NCBI GenBank assembly: GCA_963664705.1
Contig: OY761556.1
Location: 5,952,001 to 6,016,000, forward strand
Direction: 5' to 3'
DNA from: Acidobacteriota bacterium
GTDB taxonomy: Bacteria > Acidobacteriota > UBA6911
Length of the DNA: 64,000 nt
Position 1 is the first letter of the stretch. The number at the start of each line of letters is the position of its first letter. This document shows, piece after piece, positions 18,346 through 27,710 of this stretch. A model generated the notes under the pieces. That model saw nothing but the letters and a program-made list of their open reading frames with translations. It was not told the DNA's origin and did not search any database. A program made the position numbers and the translations under genes.

Positions 18346-19449
18346 TTATGTATGGAAATTGGCTGGATCAATGATGCGAATTGCGTCGTCCAGCTTATAC
18401 CGGCAGCGCTGGCAGAATTCCAGGTCGATGTGACCGTCGCGGCCGAAATGCTGCCGCAATTCCCTGGCCCGTTCTCCATGCCAGACTTCGCGGAAGGAGC
18501 GTGTCTGAAAGACATTCCCCAATCTCTGTTGGCCGGTATGGTCACATTCGCAAACGAGCAGCGTTCCATCGTAGCGAAGCGTGGGCCATGACCACGGCTT
18601 GGTGCAGAGGTTCGGCATTTTGCGGTAGGTTTCAGCCTCCGCGACTCCCTGGTATTGGAAGGAGCGATAGGCTTTGTTCTCGGGGAGCCGCACATCGCGC
18701 GGATCATCGTCGTAGTAGAGGCTGACGCTTTTCACGGAAAAGAAATCGGCTCCATCCTCTTTCGCCACTCTCTGGACATCTTCCACCTCCTGTTCATTGT
18801 CGGCAGTAGCAATAATGCGCAGGTTGATGAAAGGCTTTGGCTGATTCAGATCACGCTTTGCCTCGGCTGCCGCTCGAGTGAATCGGCGCACCAGGTCCAC
18901 GCTTCCTCCCTGGCGGAACTTCCGGTATACGTCCTGGGATGCGCCATCCATGGAGATAATCAGCAAGTCCAAACCGGCACTAAACAATCCCTTGAGATCA
19001 GCCGAGGAGGGATCGATCTGGCCGTTTGTGCTGATCATGGTCATGATCCCATAACGGTGGGCAAGCTTCACCATGTCGATTATTTTCGGGTGAAGCAGAG
19101 GTTCTCCCCATTGCCAAAGAGCAATTGCCAACAGGTAGGGGCCCAGCTCGCGCATCACTCTTTCATAGTTTGAAAAATCCATATGGCCGAGCGATTGCCC
19201 ACTGTTCGCACGGATCCGTGGACACAGAGCGCAGTCCAGCTGGCATTGACTGGTTGCTTCCAGTTGAAGCGCGAAAGGAAAGGATCGCGCATTTGCCCGG
19301 CGCGTCCCGGCTTCGAAGCGACTTCGGATGAAATTGACCCGCTGAGAGAGGCTGAGCTGCCGGTTATACAGCAGCCGGTCATAGGATAATGGATAGCTTC
19401 CCCCGAAAAGCATTTTGGCAAGCCGACTCATCCGCACCAGCGTATTCAT
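18346..19449 (-). CDS. Radical SAM protein with SPASM/Twitch domain (glycan-associated type)
   Basis: CQLDCALC, WGEPLLHP, STNG, ISMDG. C-terminal CTKPW..YDG..VCECD..FREVW..CQRC. Confidence 0.88.
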   Translation of the reverse strand: MNTLVRMSRLAKMLFGGSYPLSYDRLLYNRQLSLSQRVNFIRSRFEAGTRRANARSFPFALQLEATSQCQLDCALCPRIRANSGQSLGHMDFSNYERVMRELGPYLLAIALWQWGEPLLHPKIIDMVKLAHRYGIMTMISTNGQIDPSSADLKGLFSAGLDLLIISMDGASQDVYRKFRQGGSVDLVRRFTRAAAEAKRDLNQPKPFINLRIIATADNEQEVEDVQRVAKEDGADFFSVKSVSLYYDDDPRDVRLPENKAYRSFQYQGVAEAETYRKMPNLCTKPWSWPTLRYDGTLLVCECDHTGQQRLGNVFQTRSFREVWHGERARELRQHFGRDGHIDLEFCQRCRYKLDDAIRIIDPANFHT

Positions 19450-20333
19450 GGCAAAAGCTCTCCTGCATGACGAAGATCATCCTCGATCTGACCGATAGTC
19501 GCATGCGAGTAGTCCACTTCAAGAATTACGGGAAGGTCCCGCCATCTGCCGCCATAATCCCGCGGCAGACGCAGATCAATTTTCCCATGACGCAATCTTC
19601 GATGTGCCACGCGTCCATTGTGATTATGAAGGTGAATACAGGCGATCTCTGATTCAAACGAATGTAAAACCTGATGCCATGCATTTGCGAACTCGACCGG
19701 AAGACCTTTCTTCAATGCAAAAGGATAGGGAGATATCCGGTCATTCAGCGCATAGGCCATTCTGGTCATAAGAGATGTTGGGTATCGGCGTTCGAACAGA
19801 TGGCCCAGATCCAGGCACAGTTTTATGGAATTTTCTGAAAGCAATGTCCGGATCTCACCCGGATTCCACAGGTCATCGGCATTTTCCAGGCAAAAGACCA
19901 GTCCCTGTGTCGCAGCTTGTCTGCCGAGCCGCACCAGCACTTCGCTCCAGGCTTGAAGCTCTTTTGCGCGCGATGCATTTTCGACCTGGCGCCCCCGGGC
20001 ATGGAAAACCGCATAATCCGCTTTGGCCTGCGCGGCAAACAGGAGCGAATCCTCGAGAATATTCAGGCTCGCTTCGGCAATGCGCGGATTAGTGGAGATG
20101 GGATTCATATCCATGAAGGGAAGGTGGATTCCCAGCCTGGCGACCGAGGAACGAAGCTCTTTCACCTTGTCCAGGGAAGCTTTCTCCCACGGCCAGAGCG
20201 CGGGAGGATATAGCGTACGCTCCAGGTGAACCTCGCAGGCGGGAATGGAGAATCGTGCCTGCAGCCGCCGAAATATTTCGGCGGCTTCGTCGAAATTGTT
20301 GCCGGGCAACATTCCCAGTTGAATGCCAATCAT
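19446..20333 (-). CDS. Sugar phosphate isomerase/epimerase (xylose isomerase-like TIM barrel)
   Basis: IHLPF.D.N, VFH, CLEN, CLDLGH, IHLHN, ILE. ATGA overlaps on both sides. Confidence 0.8.
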   Translation of the reverse strand: MIGIQLGMLPGNNFDEAAEIFRRLQARFSIPACEVHLERTLYPPALWPWEKASLDKVKELRSSVARLGIHLPFMDMNPISTNPRIAEASLNILEDSLLFAAQAKADYAVFHARGRQVENASRAKELQAWSEVLVRLGRQAATQGLVFCLENADDLWNPGEIRTLLSENSIKLCLDLGHLFERRYPTSLMTRMAYALNDRISPYPFALKKGLPVEFANAWHQVLHSFESEIACIHLHNHNGRVAHRRLRHGKIDLRLPRDYGGRWRDLPVILEVDYSHATIGQIEDDLRHAGELLP

Positions 20334-21484
20334 AGGATTCGCCTTGTGGCTGCGACCGTTTCGTAGCACTTCAGCGTTTCGGCCGCGGCTTTTTCCCAGG
20401 TGAAGCGCTGTCGTTGCATATATCCAAGTCTTGCCATCTCTTTTCTCCGAGTAGCGTTTTGCCGGAGCTCTTCCATGGCGCGAAATATCTCACTGCCATC
20501 GGGATGAGGGCTCAGATACAGAGCCGCTTCGCCCAATAATTCAGGCAAACTTGAATTACGGCTGACAATCACAGGAACTCCGAATTCCATTGCCTCCAAA
20601 GGAGGAATGCCAAATCCCTCGTAAAGGGATGGATAGATCATCCAGTCTGCCTGCGCGTAAATCGCGCCAAGCTGGTGCCGGTTCACCTGTCCCAGAAGCA
20701 GGATATCATCCGCATATTGTTTTAGTGCCGCGTGATTGAGAATCCGGCCGGTTTTCCACCCCATCGAGCCTATGCACACCAGTTGGTGAGGATAACCGTT
20801 TCGTTTCGCCAGCGCAAAAGCATCGAATAGCGCCTCGTGGTTTTTTCTGGGCTCAATCGTGGAAACGTTCAGCATATAGGGCTTGCGAATCCCAAGAGAT
20901 GCTAGTGAATAGGCGTTGTCCGGGACGACATTTCCAACGAAGGTTTGTCCGGCGCCCGGGATTACCTTGATCTTGTCGGCGAGCTCGGGATGAAAATGGC
21001 AAATATCCTTTTTCGTGTGATCGGATACCGCGATGACAGCGGTCGCATTTTTCAAATTTCGCCAGACATAAGTGCGGAAAATGCGGTTGAATCGGGCGGT
21101 GTGTTTATCCGGAAGAATCAGCGGCACCAGGTCGTGGACGGTCACAACGAACGGAATCCCGGTAAAGCGCAGCGCCGGTTGGTCCGGATGATGCTCATGC
21201 AACAAATCCAGGCGATGTTTCCGGATGACCCAGTCACGCCAAAGTCCGGAATGTCGCACTCCGTGATGAAGCCAATGGAATGGAGATACAAGAATATGAA
21301 CACGAGGATGGCTGATTGGGGCAGGGCCAGGCTTATTGCGAATGAGGTAGTATTGGTTCTTCGATTCAAGCGAAAGCATGACTCGAAGCAGTTCCTGTAA
21401 ATAGACTCCTACTCCGCCATTGGGAATGATGTCCCCGCTCAATTCCGTTGATCTGAAGGAGTCGATGTTAAATCCTATCTTCAT
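20330..21484 (-). CDS. Glycosyltransferase family 4
   Basis: GVGVY, VTVHDL, IAVS, EPRKN, YPSLYEGFGIPPLEAM. Confidence 0.92.
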   Translation of the reverse strand: MKIGFNIDSFRSTELSGDIIPNGGVGVYLQELLRVMLSLESKNQYYLIRNKPGPAPISHPRVHILVSPFHWLHHGVRHSGLWRDWVIRKHRLDLLHEHHPDQPALRFTGIPFVVTVHDLVPLILPDKHTARFNRIFRTYVWRNLKNATAVIAVSDHTKKDICHFHPELADKIKVIPGAGQTFVGNVVPDNAYSLASLGIRKPYMLNVSTIEPRKNHEALFDAFALAKRNGYPHQLVCIGSMGWKTGRILNHAALKQYADDILLLGQVNRHQLGAIYAQADWMIYPSLYEGFGIPPLEAMEFGVPVIVSRNSSLPELLGEAALYLSPHPDGSEIFRAMEELRQNATRRKEMARLGYMQRQRFTWEKAAAETLKCYETVAATRRIL

Positions 21485-21573
21485 TCCGTTTGCAGCATTT
21501 CAAAAGTGAGGGATTGCCGGTCATTCGGCAGGGGAATTTTGATAAAAACGGATGCGTTAATCAATCAACAAAT

Positions 21574-21855
21574 GTATTTGTGGAATTCCAGATTTCAGAT
21601 TCCAGATTCCAGATCAAGGCCGGGAAATACTTACTGGGAGGGGCTGCGCCCCGGCTACGGTTGCACGGTATTTGTGGAATTCCAGATTTCAGATTTCAGA
21701 TTCCAGACCAAGACCGGGGAATACTTACTGGGAGGGTTGGCGTCCCGACTACGGTTGCATGGTGTTTGTGGAATTTCAGATTCCAGATTTCAGATTCCAA
21801 ACCAAGGCCGGGGAGCACTTACTGGGGAGCGCCGCCGTCCGCCCAAGGCCCCATA
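21574..21855 (+). repeat. Tandem array of three ~94-bp units, each with 4x TTYCAGA heptamers
   Basis: Units start at 21574, 21668 and 21762 (period 94). The third unit has a diverged tail. Confidence 0.9.
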
Positions 21856-21888
21856 TTATTTGCTCTAATCCCTGGGACGCGAGCGAAG

Positions 21889-22015
21889 CACCAGGCCCGG
21901 AGGGCCGAAAGCGAGTAGCCGGGGGTGAGCGCTTTTTGCGAACCCCCGGTTGGAATGAAGCATAATAAGAGCCCAGAAGGGGCGAAAGATCGGCTTTCTG
22001 CCGCCCCTCCGGTGC
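21889..22015. repeat. Partial copy of the REP-like element
   Basis: CACCAGGCCCGGAGGGCCGAAAG is the reverse complement of 17617-17639. It is followed by GTAGCCGGGGGTGAGCGC..GCGAACCCCCGG and GGGGCG..CGCCCC. Confidence 0.75.
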
Positions 22016-22208
22016 CGCGACGGCCAATGCCGCATATATTGCCCAAGAACTTTGCCGGTGAGACGGCGCCCGGTGGATTCCCCGTCGCATGATGAGTACT
22101 TCTACGTATTCTTTCGGAATAACATTTGTGCTTTTATTAGCCAGTCCATTCACTGTTTGGGTGATGCATCACGTTTGTCTGGAATGACTGAAAGGCAGTA
22201 GCAATAGC

Positions 22209-24032
22209 ATGTCCCGCAGTAAGCTTTTGGTTCGCAATGCCACAAGTCATAAGCAGTTCGAAGTGCGGCAGGATTTGATGTCCGACATTCTTCGCATTTT
22301 GAACCGGGAGCACAGAGGCATCGCGGACTCGGTTCGAGAGGTCGTCGGGCTTATCCGGCAATATACCGGATTTGACGCGGTTGGCGTGCGCATGCGCCAG
22401 GGAGATGACTATCCTTATTATGAACAGAACGGGTTTCCCGGCGATTTTGTCGGCAAGGAAAACCTGCTGTGTAAAAGAGCATGCGATGGATCCATGGTCC
22501 GGGATAACACAGGACAGCCGGTTTTCGAATGTACCTGTGGACTGGTGCTCTCGGGGAAGACAGATCCGGCTTTGCCCTTTTTTACCGTGAACGGAAGTTT
22601 CTGGACCAATTGCGCATCCGCACTGCTTTCAGTCCCGGGCCATGCAGATCCCAGAATGGATCCCAGGAATACCTGCATTCACGAAGGATATCAATCCTTT
22701 GCTCTCATCCCAATCCGGTCCGGGCCGGAAATCGTAGGACTTTTGCAGCTCAATGATCGACGGGAAGGGCAATTCAGCCCTGAATCCATTCAATTCTTTG
22801 AAGGCCTGGGGGATCAGTTCGGACTGGCATTGAAACGCATTCAGGTTCAGGCAGAACTGAAGGCGCTGAATGCATCGCTCGAGGAGCGAGTGGCGATGCG
22901 CACAGCAGAATCGGAGCAGCGCGCCGAGCAGCTTCGACTGCTTGCTGCCGAATTAACCATGGTTGAAGAACGGGAACGGCAGCGGCTCGCTGAGGTTCTT
23001 CATGATGGGCTGCAGCAGATCCTGGCTGGCGCCAAATATCAGTTGGCTGCCGTCGAAGCCGGCAGTCAAAAAAGAAAGGCCGTCGCGGAAGTCGCTTCTC
23101 TGATCGATGCTGCTATTGAGACATCACGATCATTAACGGCAGAGCTCAGCCCGCCAATTCTCCACCAGAGTGGGTTTGTCGCGGGATTGAGATGGCTGCG
23201 GGACTGGATGCACGACAGGCACGGCTTTCGGGTGCAATTGCTTATCGATGGCAGTTTCGGTTGTCTCCCTGCGGAAATCTCCGTTTTCCTTTTCAACGGG
23301 GCGAGAGAGCTTTTGTTTAATGTGACAAAGCATGCGCACACGGATTTCGCGCGGGTTGAGGTGTTCAGAGCTGGCGGAAATATCCGGGTGGTTGTGGATG
23401 ATAATGGGACCGGCTTCGACCAAACCCGGCTTCGCTCTGAAGGAGGCTGTTGTGGCGGCTTCGGCCTTTTCAAACTGAATGAGCGGCTTTCAATGCTGGG
23501 CGGGAAGATGATTGTCGAAAGTAGCCCGGACACAGGAAGTCGAGTGACGTTGATCCTTCCGGAAACTGGAATCGCCGGGAGCGCTGCCGGCTGTGCGGAT
23601 GAGGTCATTGCCTCGGACTTATCCGGCCCCAATGGTGGATCGGCAGACTGGAAGCCTGATAGGAAAAAGACCCGGATCATTCTGGTTGATGACCATTCAG
23701 TGATGAGGCATGGACTTGCCGTCATGCTGCGGGAGCACCCTGATTTTGAGATTCTGGGCGAAGCTTCCGATGGAGAAGCAGGGATCAGCCTGGTGCGGCA
23801 GCTCAAACCCGATGTAGTCCTAATGGATATCAGCATGCCTGGAATGAACGGGATCGAAGCGACACAAGTGATTCACTCCGAACATCCGGAAATCAGCGTC
23901 ATCGGTCTTTCGATGTTTCGCGAAGGCGAGCAGGCTGCCGCGATGAAGAGCGCCGGCGCCGTGAATTACGTGGCTAAAAGTGATCCACCCGAAAATATCA
24001 TTTCCGCTATTCAGGCTTGCGCTCTGCATTAG
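22209..24032 (+). CDS. Cytoplasmic hybrid histidine kinase (GAF-HisKA_3-HATPase-REC, NarX/NarL-like)
   Basis: ERERQRLAEVLHDGLQQ, NVTKHA, DDNGTGF, GFGL. C-terminal ILVDDH..MDISMP REC domain. Confidence 0.9.
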   Translation: MSRSKLLVRNATSHKQFEVRQDLMSDILRILNREHRGIADSVREVVGLIRQYTGFDAVGVRMRQGDDYPYYEQNGFPGDFVGKENLLCKRACDGSMVRDNTGQPVFECTCGLVLSGKTDPALPFFTVNGSFWTNCASALLSVPGHADPRMDPRNTCIHEGYQSFALIPIRSGPEIVGLLQLNDRREGQFSPESIQFFEGLGDQFGLALKRIQVQAELKALNASLEERVAMRTAESEQRAEQLRLLAAELTMVEERERQRLAEVLHDGLQQILAGAKYQLAAVEAGSQKRKAVAEVASLIDAAIETSRSLTAELSPPILHQSGFVAGLRWLRDWMHDRHGFRVQLLIDGSFGCLPAEISVFLFNGARELLFNVTKHAHTDFARVEVFRAGGNIRVVVDDNGTGFDQTRLRSEGGCCGGFGLFKLNERLSMLGGKMIVESSPDTGSRVTLILPETGIAGSAAGCADEVIASDLSGPNGGSADWKPDRKKTRIILVDDHSVMRHGLAVMLREHPDFEILGEASDGEAGISLVRQLKPDVVLMDISMPGMNGIEATQVIHSEHPEISVIGLSMFREGEQAAAMKSAGAVNYVAKSDPPENIISAIQACALH

Positions 24033-24195
24033 CGGCCTTGGTTTTTCCTGCCTGATAGGCGGCATCCATCAGTTGCTGGGCATACATCGAGAGTTCGTCC
24101 TGCCGGGCAATCGTCACCGGCAGCTCGCGGATCAGGTTTTCAAGCAGCTCAAAAGCCAGGTTCATGGCGTTTACGGCCTGTTCATGTTCAGTCAT
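24007..24195 (-). CDS. Small helical hypothetical protein
   Basis: GGAG RBS 7 nt before ATG, protein-like composition, 3' end overlaps the convergent kinase gene by 26 nt. Confidence 0.5.
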   Translation of the reverse strand: MTEHEQAVNAMNLAFELLENLIRELPVTIARQDELSMYAQQLMDAAYQAGKTKAANAERKPE

Positions 24196-24290
24196 GGTGT
24201 CGCTCCATCAGAGTAAATTTCTGCGTTTTTCTCCCGTGTTTCCCGTTCATACCTTGCTAATATACACATCCCTGTGAATTGAGAATAGAT

Positions 24291-25559
24291 ATGGCAAGTG
24301 CCCAACCCGCTCCGACTGTTTCTTCCGTTCGCAATGGCTTGCCGATGCTGTATATGGCAGAGGCGTCCAATGCAATTGCGGCCATACTTCTTGTTGTAGG
24401 GCTGTCCTTCTACACCAGCCACCGGTTCGGGTGGGGTGCGCGGGAAAATTTTTCCGTAGCTGCACTCCAGGGGGGATTGTACATGTTCGGAGCGCTGCTT
24501 GCGCAACGAGTGTCCGTGCGCTGGGGGCGCGAGAAAGCTCTGCCTCGACTCTATGCCGGGATGACCCTGTTTGCGATCGCCGTTGCGATTAGCGCCTCAA
24601 TGCACTGGGCTGTCCTGACAGCATTGCTTGCGGTAGTGGAAACAGGATTGGTTGCTGTCTCCTGGCCGATGCTGCAAAGCCTTGTTTCTGCATCGGGCAA
24701 GGCATCGAGTCTTTCCCGGCGGCTTGGTTTGTACAACATCATATGGTCGGCTCTGGGAGCTTTCGCTGTGGCGGGAAGTGGAGCGGTTATTCAGCATGCT
24801 CCAGCCTGGGCATTCTTCGGAATCATTGCTGTCGGGCACTTTCTTGCCGGGATTTTGATTCTTTGCCGCACGCGGTCTGTACCGAAAGCATCTGAGCTCG
24901 CAGAGGAGGATGCGGATATTCCAGTCCGGGTTCGCGCTGAACGCCCCGATGCCGCTACGATGCGCATTCATCGTTTGGCACTCTGGCTTTCCCGCATTGC
25001 TCTTCCCTCGACCTACGTCGCTGTTTACAGCATTTCTCCCGCGATCCCGTCACTTCATGCAATCAGACAGTTGACTCCTACGATCGCTACAATTGTGGGG
25101 AGCGCCTGGCTGATTGGGCGTGCTCTCGCGTTTGTCTTTACGGCCGGGACCGAATTTTGGCACAAGCGGCCGGGCCTCATATTCATCTCCTCCGTTGCCA
25201 TGCTGTTCGCCTTTGTGGGGACCATTGTACCGGGAGCCCTGACCGGGCTGAGTTTGGAGCGGGCTTTGTTAGCCATGATCATTGCGCAAATGCTGTTTGG
25301 CTTTTCCATCGGGACTATTTATGCCGCGAGCCTGTATTTCGGGATGGCGGTGAGCGAGGGAAGTACACGGCATGGTGGATATCATGAGGCGCTCATCGGG
25401 TTGGGACAGGTCATCGGACCTCTGGTGGGTGCAACGATGCAGTGGATCTACCCCGGCACGCTGTGGCCGGCAGTCGCAGGGATATCCGGCCTGGTTTTGA
25501 TTACCGTGCTGATCGAAGCTGTGGTCGGAGTTCGTGCTGCCCGTGAAGCAAGAGTCTGA
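24291..25559 (+). CDS. MFS transporter
   Basis: About 12 TM helices, YNIIWS, GGYHEALIGLG.IGPLVG. Confidence 0.8.
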   Translation: MASAQPAPTVSSVRNGLPMLYMAEASNAIAAILLVVGLSFYTSHRFGWGARENFSVAALQGGLYMFGALLAQRVSVRWGREKALPRLYAGMTLFAIAVAISASMHWAVLTALLAVVETGLVAVSWPMLQSLVSASGKASSLSRRLGLYNIIWSALGAFAVAGSGAVIQHAPAWAFFGIIAVGHFLAGILILCRTRSVPKASELAEEDADIPVRVRAERPDAATMRIHRLALWLSRIALPSTYVAVYSISPAIPSLHAIRQLTPTIATIVGSAWLIGRALAFVFTAGTEFWHKRPGLIFISSVAMLFAFVGTIVPGALTGLSLERALLAMIIAQMLFGFSIGTIYAASLYFGMAVSEGSTRHGGYHEALIGLGQVIGPLVGATMQWIYPGTLWPAVAGISGLVLITVLIEAVVGVRAAREARV

Positions 25560-25665
25560 ACTCCCGGGGAATGCATCCTGCCGGAGAATTCCAAACCGCA
25601 TTTGTGATTTCCTTCTTCGTGTCATATAGTGGTCGCATTTCCTGGACGCGTTCAGAAGGAGCCAC

Positions 25666-26103
25666 ATGGCCAATACCAGATTTGGAAAATATTTCGTCAC
25701 TGATGTGCTTCACGAAAGTCCCAAATTCCCCGGGTTGTGGGATGCATCTTCAACTCGCCACCTGAAGGGTTTCGGCGGAGGGCATCTTTCCGTCGATTCG
25801 ATCTTCATTACCCAGGCGTTTACGATGGTCAGCCAGCCGCATACGCACGAATTCCCCCAGTACCTCCACTTCTACTCCGCAAATCCCAATGACCAGAGGG
25901 ATTTTGATGCTGAGATTGAGCTGACCTTGGGCGAGGATGCAACGAACGGGGAGAAACATATCATTACCCGACCGACAGCGCTTTATATCCCCGCCGGCGT
26001 GTACCACGGTCCGCTGGTTTTCAAGGTGATCAACAAGCCCGTACTTTTCGTGGATATCGCGGTCAGCGGCGACTACAAGCGCGTTGGCGATACCCCGGAT
26101 TAG
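25666..26103 (+). CDS. Cupin-like hypothetical protein
   Basis: HTHEFPQ..FDAEIELTLGE..YIPAGVYHGPL. AAGGAG RBS. Confidence 0.75.
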   Translation: MANTRFGKYFVTDVLHESPKFPGLWDASSTRHLKGFGGGHLSVDSIFITQAFTMVSQPHTHEFPQYLHFYSANPNDQRDFDAEIELTLGEDATNGEKHIITRPTALYIPAGVYHGPLVFKVINKPVLFVDIAVSGDYKRVGDTPD

Positions 26104-26181
26104 GGTGCAGGCTGTACGATGACTTAGCTTGGACTCAAGCTCGGTCTGGTGTCCGGATGTGTCCGGCTGGAGGCATAGTTC

Positions 26182-27528
26182 ATGCGCAAAGAATACTGGT
26201 GTATCACGGCTCTGCTTTTGGCTGGCATCCTGGGGTGCTTCAGTCCCTTTGGCCATTCCACACAACCCAGCCAAGATCAGGCTGCCGATACCGCATTATC
26301 CGCGCAGATCGAAAGCCGTGCCGCGGCGGTAGAGCGTAAGGCGATATCATGGCGGAGGGATTTTCACGAGCACCCGGAGCTTTCCAACCGTGAAGTGAGA
26401 ACATCCGGGATCGTGGCGGATCATCTGCGGAGCCTCGGAATGGACGTTCGAACCGGCGTTGCCCACACCGGGGTCATCGGACTTCTGCGCGGCGGCAAGC
26501 CCGGACCGGTGGTGGCCCTCAGGGCGGATATGGATGCGCTGCCGGTTGTTGAAGAGGTGGAGCTGCCGTTTGCCTCGAAAGTAAGAGCGACTTACAATGG
26601 CCGCGACGTTGGAGTCATGCACGCCTGCGGGCATGACATGCATACCGCTATTCTGATGGGAGCGGCGGAAGTCCTGGCGGGTATCCGGGCCGATCTGCCC
26701 GGAACAGTGAAATTTATCTTTCAGCCGGCGGAAGAAGGCGCTCCTGCCGGAGAAGAGGGCGGCGCCAGCGTGATGATTCGTGAAGGGGCGCTCGAGAATC
26801 CCCGTCCAGCCGCTATCTTCGGACTTCACGTTTTTCCCTTTCCCGTTGGCCAGATTTCCTGTCGTCCAGGCGGAGTGATGGCAGGTTCGGATTCCTTGAA
26901 AATCACCGTTCGCGGACGCCAGTCCCATGGAGCAACGCCGTGGGCAGGAGTGGATCCGATCGTGACCGCTTCCCAGGTTATCCTTGGCCTGCAGACGATC
27001 GTAAGCCGTAGAACAGATCTGACTCGTTCCCCAGCCGTTATCACCATCGGCAGCCTGCATGGCGGGGTACGGTCCAATATCATTCCGGACCTGGTTGAAA
27101 TGGAAGGTACAATCCGAACGTTCGATCCCGAGATTCAGACGGGCATTCACGAGGAGATTCGGCGTACCGCACAAATGATTGCACAAGGTAACGGCGCTTC
27201 GGCGGAGGTGACTATCCAGAAGCAGAATCCGGTGACTTTTAACGATCCTGATCTGACCGAGCGAATTCTTCCGACGTTGAGACGCATCGTCGGGGCAGGC
27301 AATCTGAAGCAAACGCCGCCTACTACAGCCTCTGAAGATGTTTCCTATTACCTGAAGGAAATCCCCGGCGTGTATTTCTCTCTCGGAGTGACGCCAAAGG
27401 GCACCGACCCCGCCCAGGCCGCACCGAACCACTCTCCGCGGTTTTTTGCGGATGAAAGTGCCGTGGCCGTTGGAATAAAAGCATTGGCAAATGTAGCGGC
27501 CGATTTTTTGCGGCGGCCTGGGAGATAG
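26182..27528 (+). CDS. M20 family amidohydrolase with a predicted lipoprotein signal
   Basis: HPELSNRE, LRADMDALP, MHACGHD, FQPAEEG, SED, NHSP. N-terminal ILG-C lipobox. Confidence 0.92.
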   Translation: MRKEYWCITALLLAGILGCFSPFGHSTQPSQDQAADTALSAQIESRAAAVERKAISWRRDFHEHPELSNREVRTSGIVADHLRSLGMDVRTGVAHTGVIGLLRGGKPGPVVALRADMDALPVVEEVELPFASKVRATYNGRDVGVMHACGHDMHTAILMGAAEVLAGIRADLPGTVKFIFQPAEEGAPAGEEGGASVMIREGALENPRPAAIFGLHVFPFPVGQISCRPGGVMAGSDSLKITVRGRQSHGATPWAGVDPIVTASQVILGLQTIVSRRTDLTRSPAVITIGSLHGGVRSNIIPDLVEMEGTIRTFDPEIQTGIHEEIRRTAQMIAQGNGASAEVTIQKQNPVTFNDPDLTERILPTLRRIVGAGNLKQTPPTTASEDVSYYLKEIPGVYFSLGVTPKGTDPAQAAPNHSPRFFADESAVAVGIKALANVAADFLRRPGR

Positions 27529-27710
27529 TGCGGAGTTTGCGGTGTATTCACCGATTGCGCCGCCCGGGTTTTTATGATGCTGCGGATCCACAGCTCTTTT
27601 GTGCAACATATTGCTGCGAAATGTACAATGACTACGCAAAAAGCCGCCTTTGGTAGTACAATCCCCCTCATCATCTGAACGAAAGAACTCCAAAAACGTG
27701 AGGCGACAAT

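Noticed and set aside
18346-19449. Second RiPP maturase
   Set aside because: No precursor, RRE or peptidase nearby. It is coupled to a glycosyltransferase and an isomerase.
21574-21855. Possible CRISPR array
   Set aside because: Most of each 94-bp unit is conserved, the tails are related to each other rather than unique spacers, and no cas genes are present.
21490-22153. ORFs with FQISDSRFQ-type repeats (also near 17079-17475 and 30516-30858)
   Set aside because: They are translations of the heptamer DNA repeats in several frames, with no sign of being real genes.
26347-27693. Long antisense ORFs (also 15063-16292, 31812-32720, 42212-43210, 46581-47663, 48975-50108, 56771-57772)
   Set aside because: Shadow frames opposite well-supported genes in GC-rich DNA, with no motifs.
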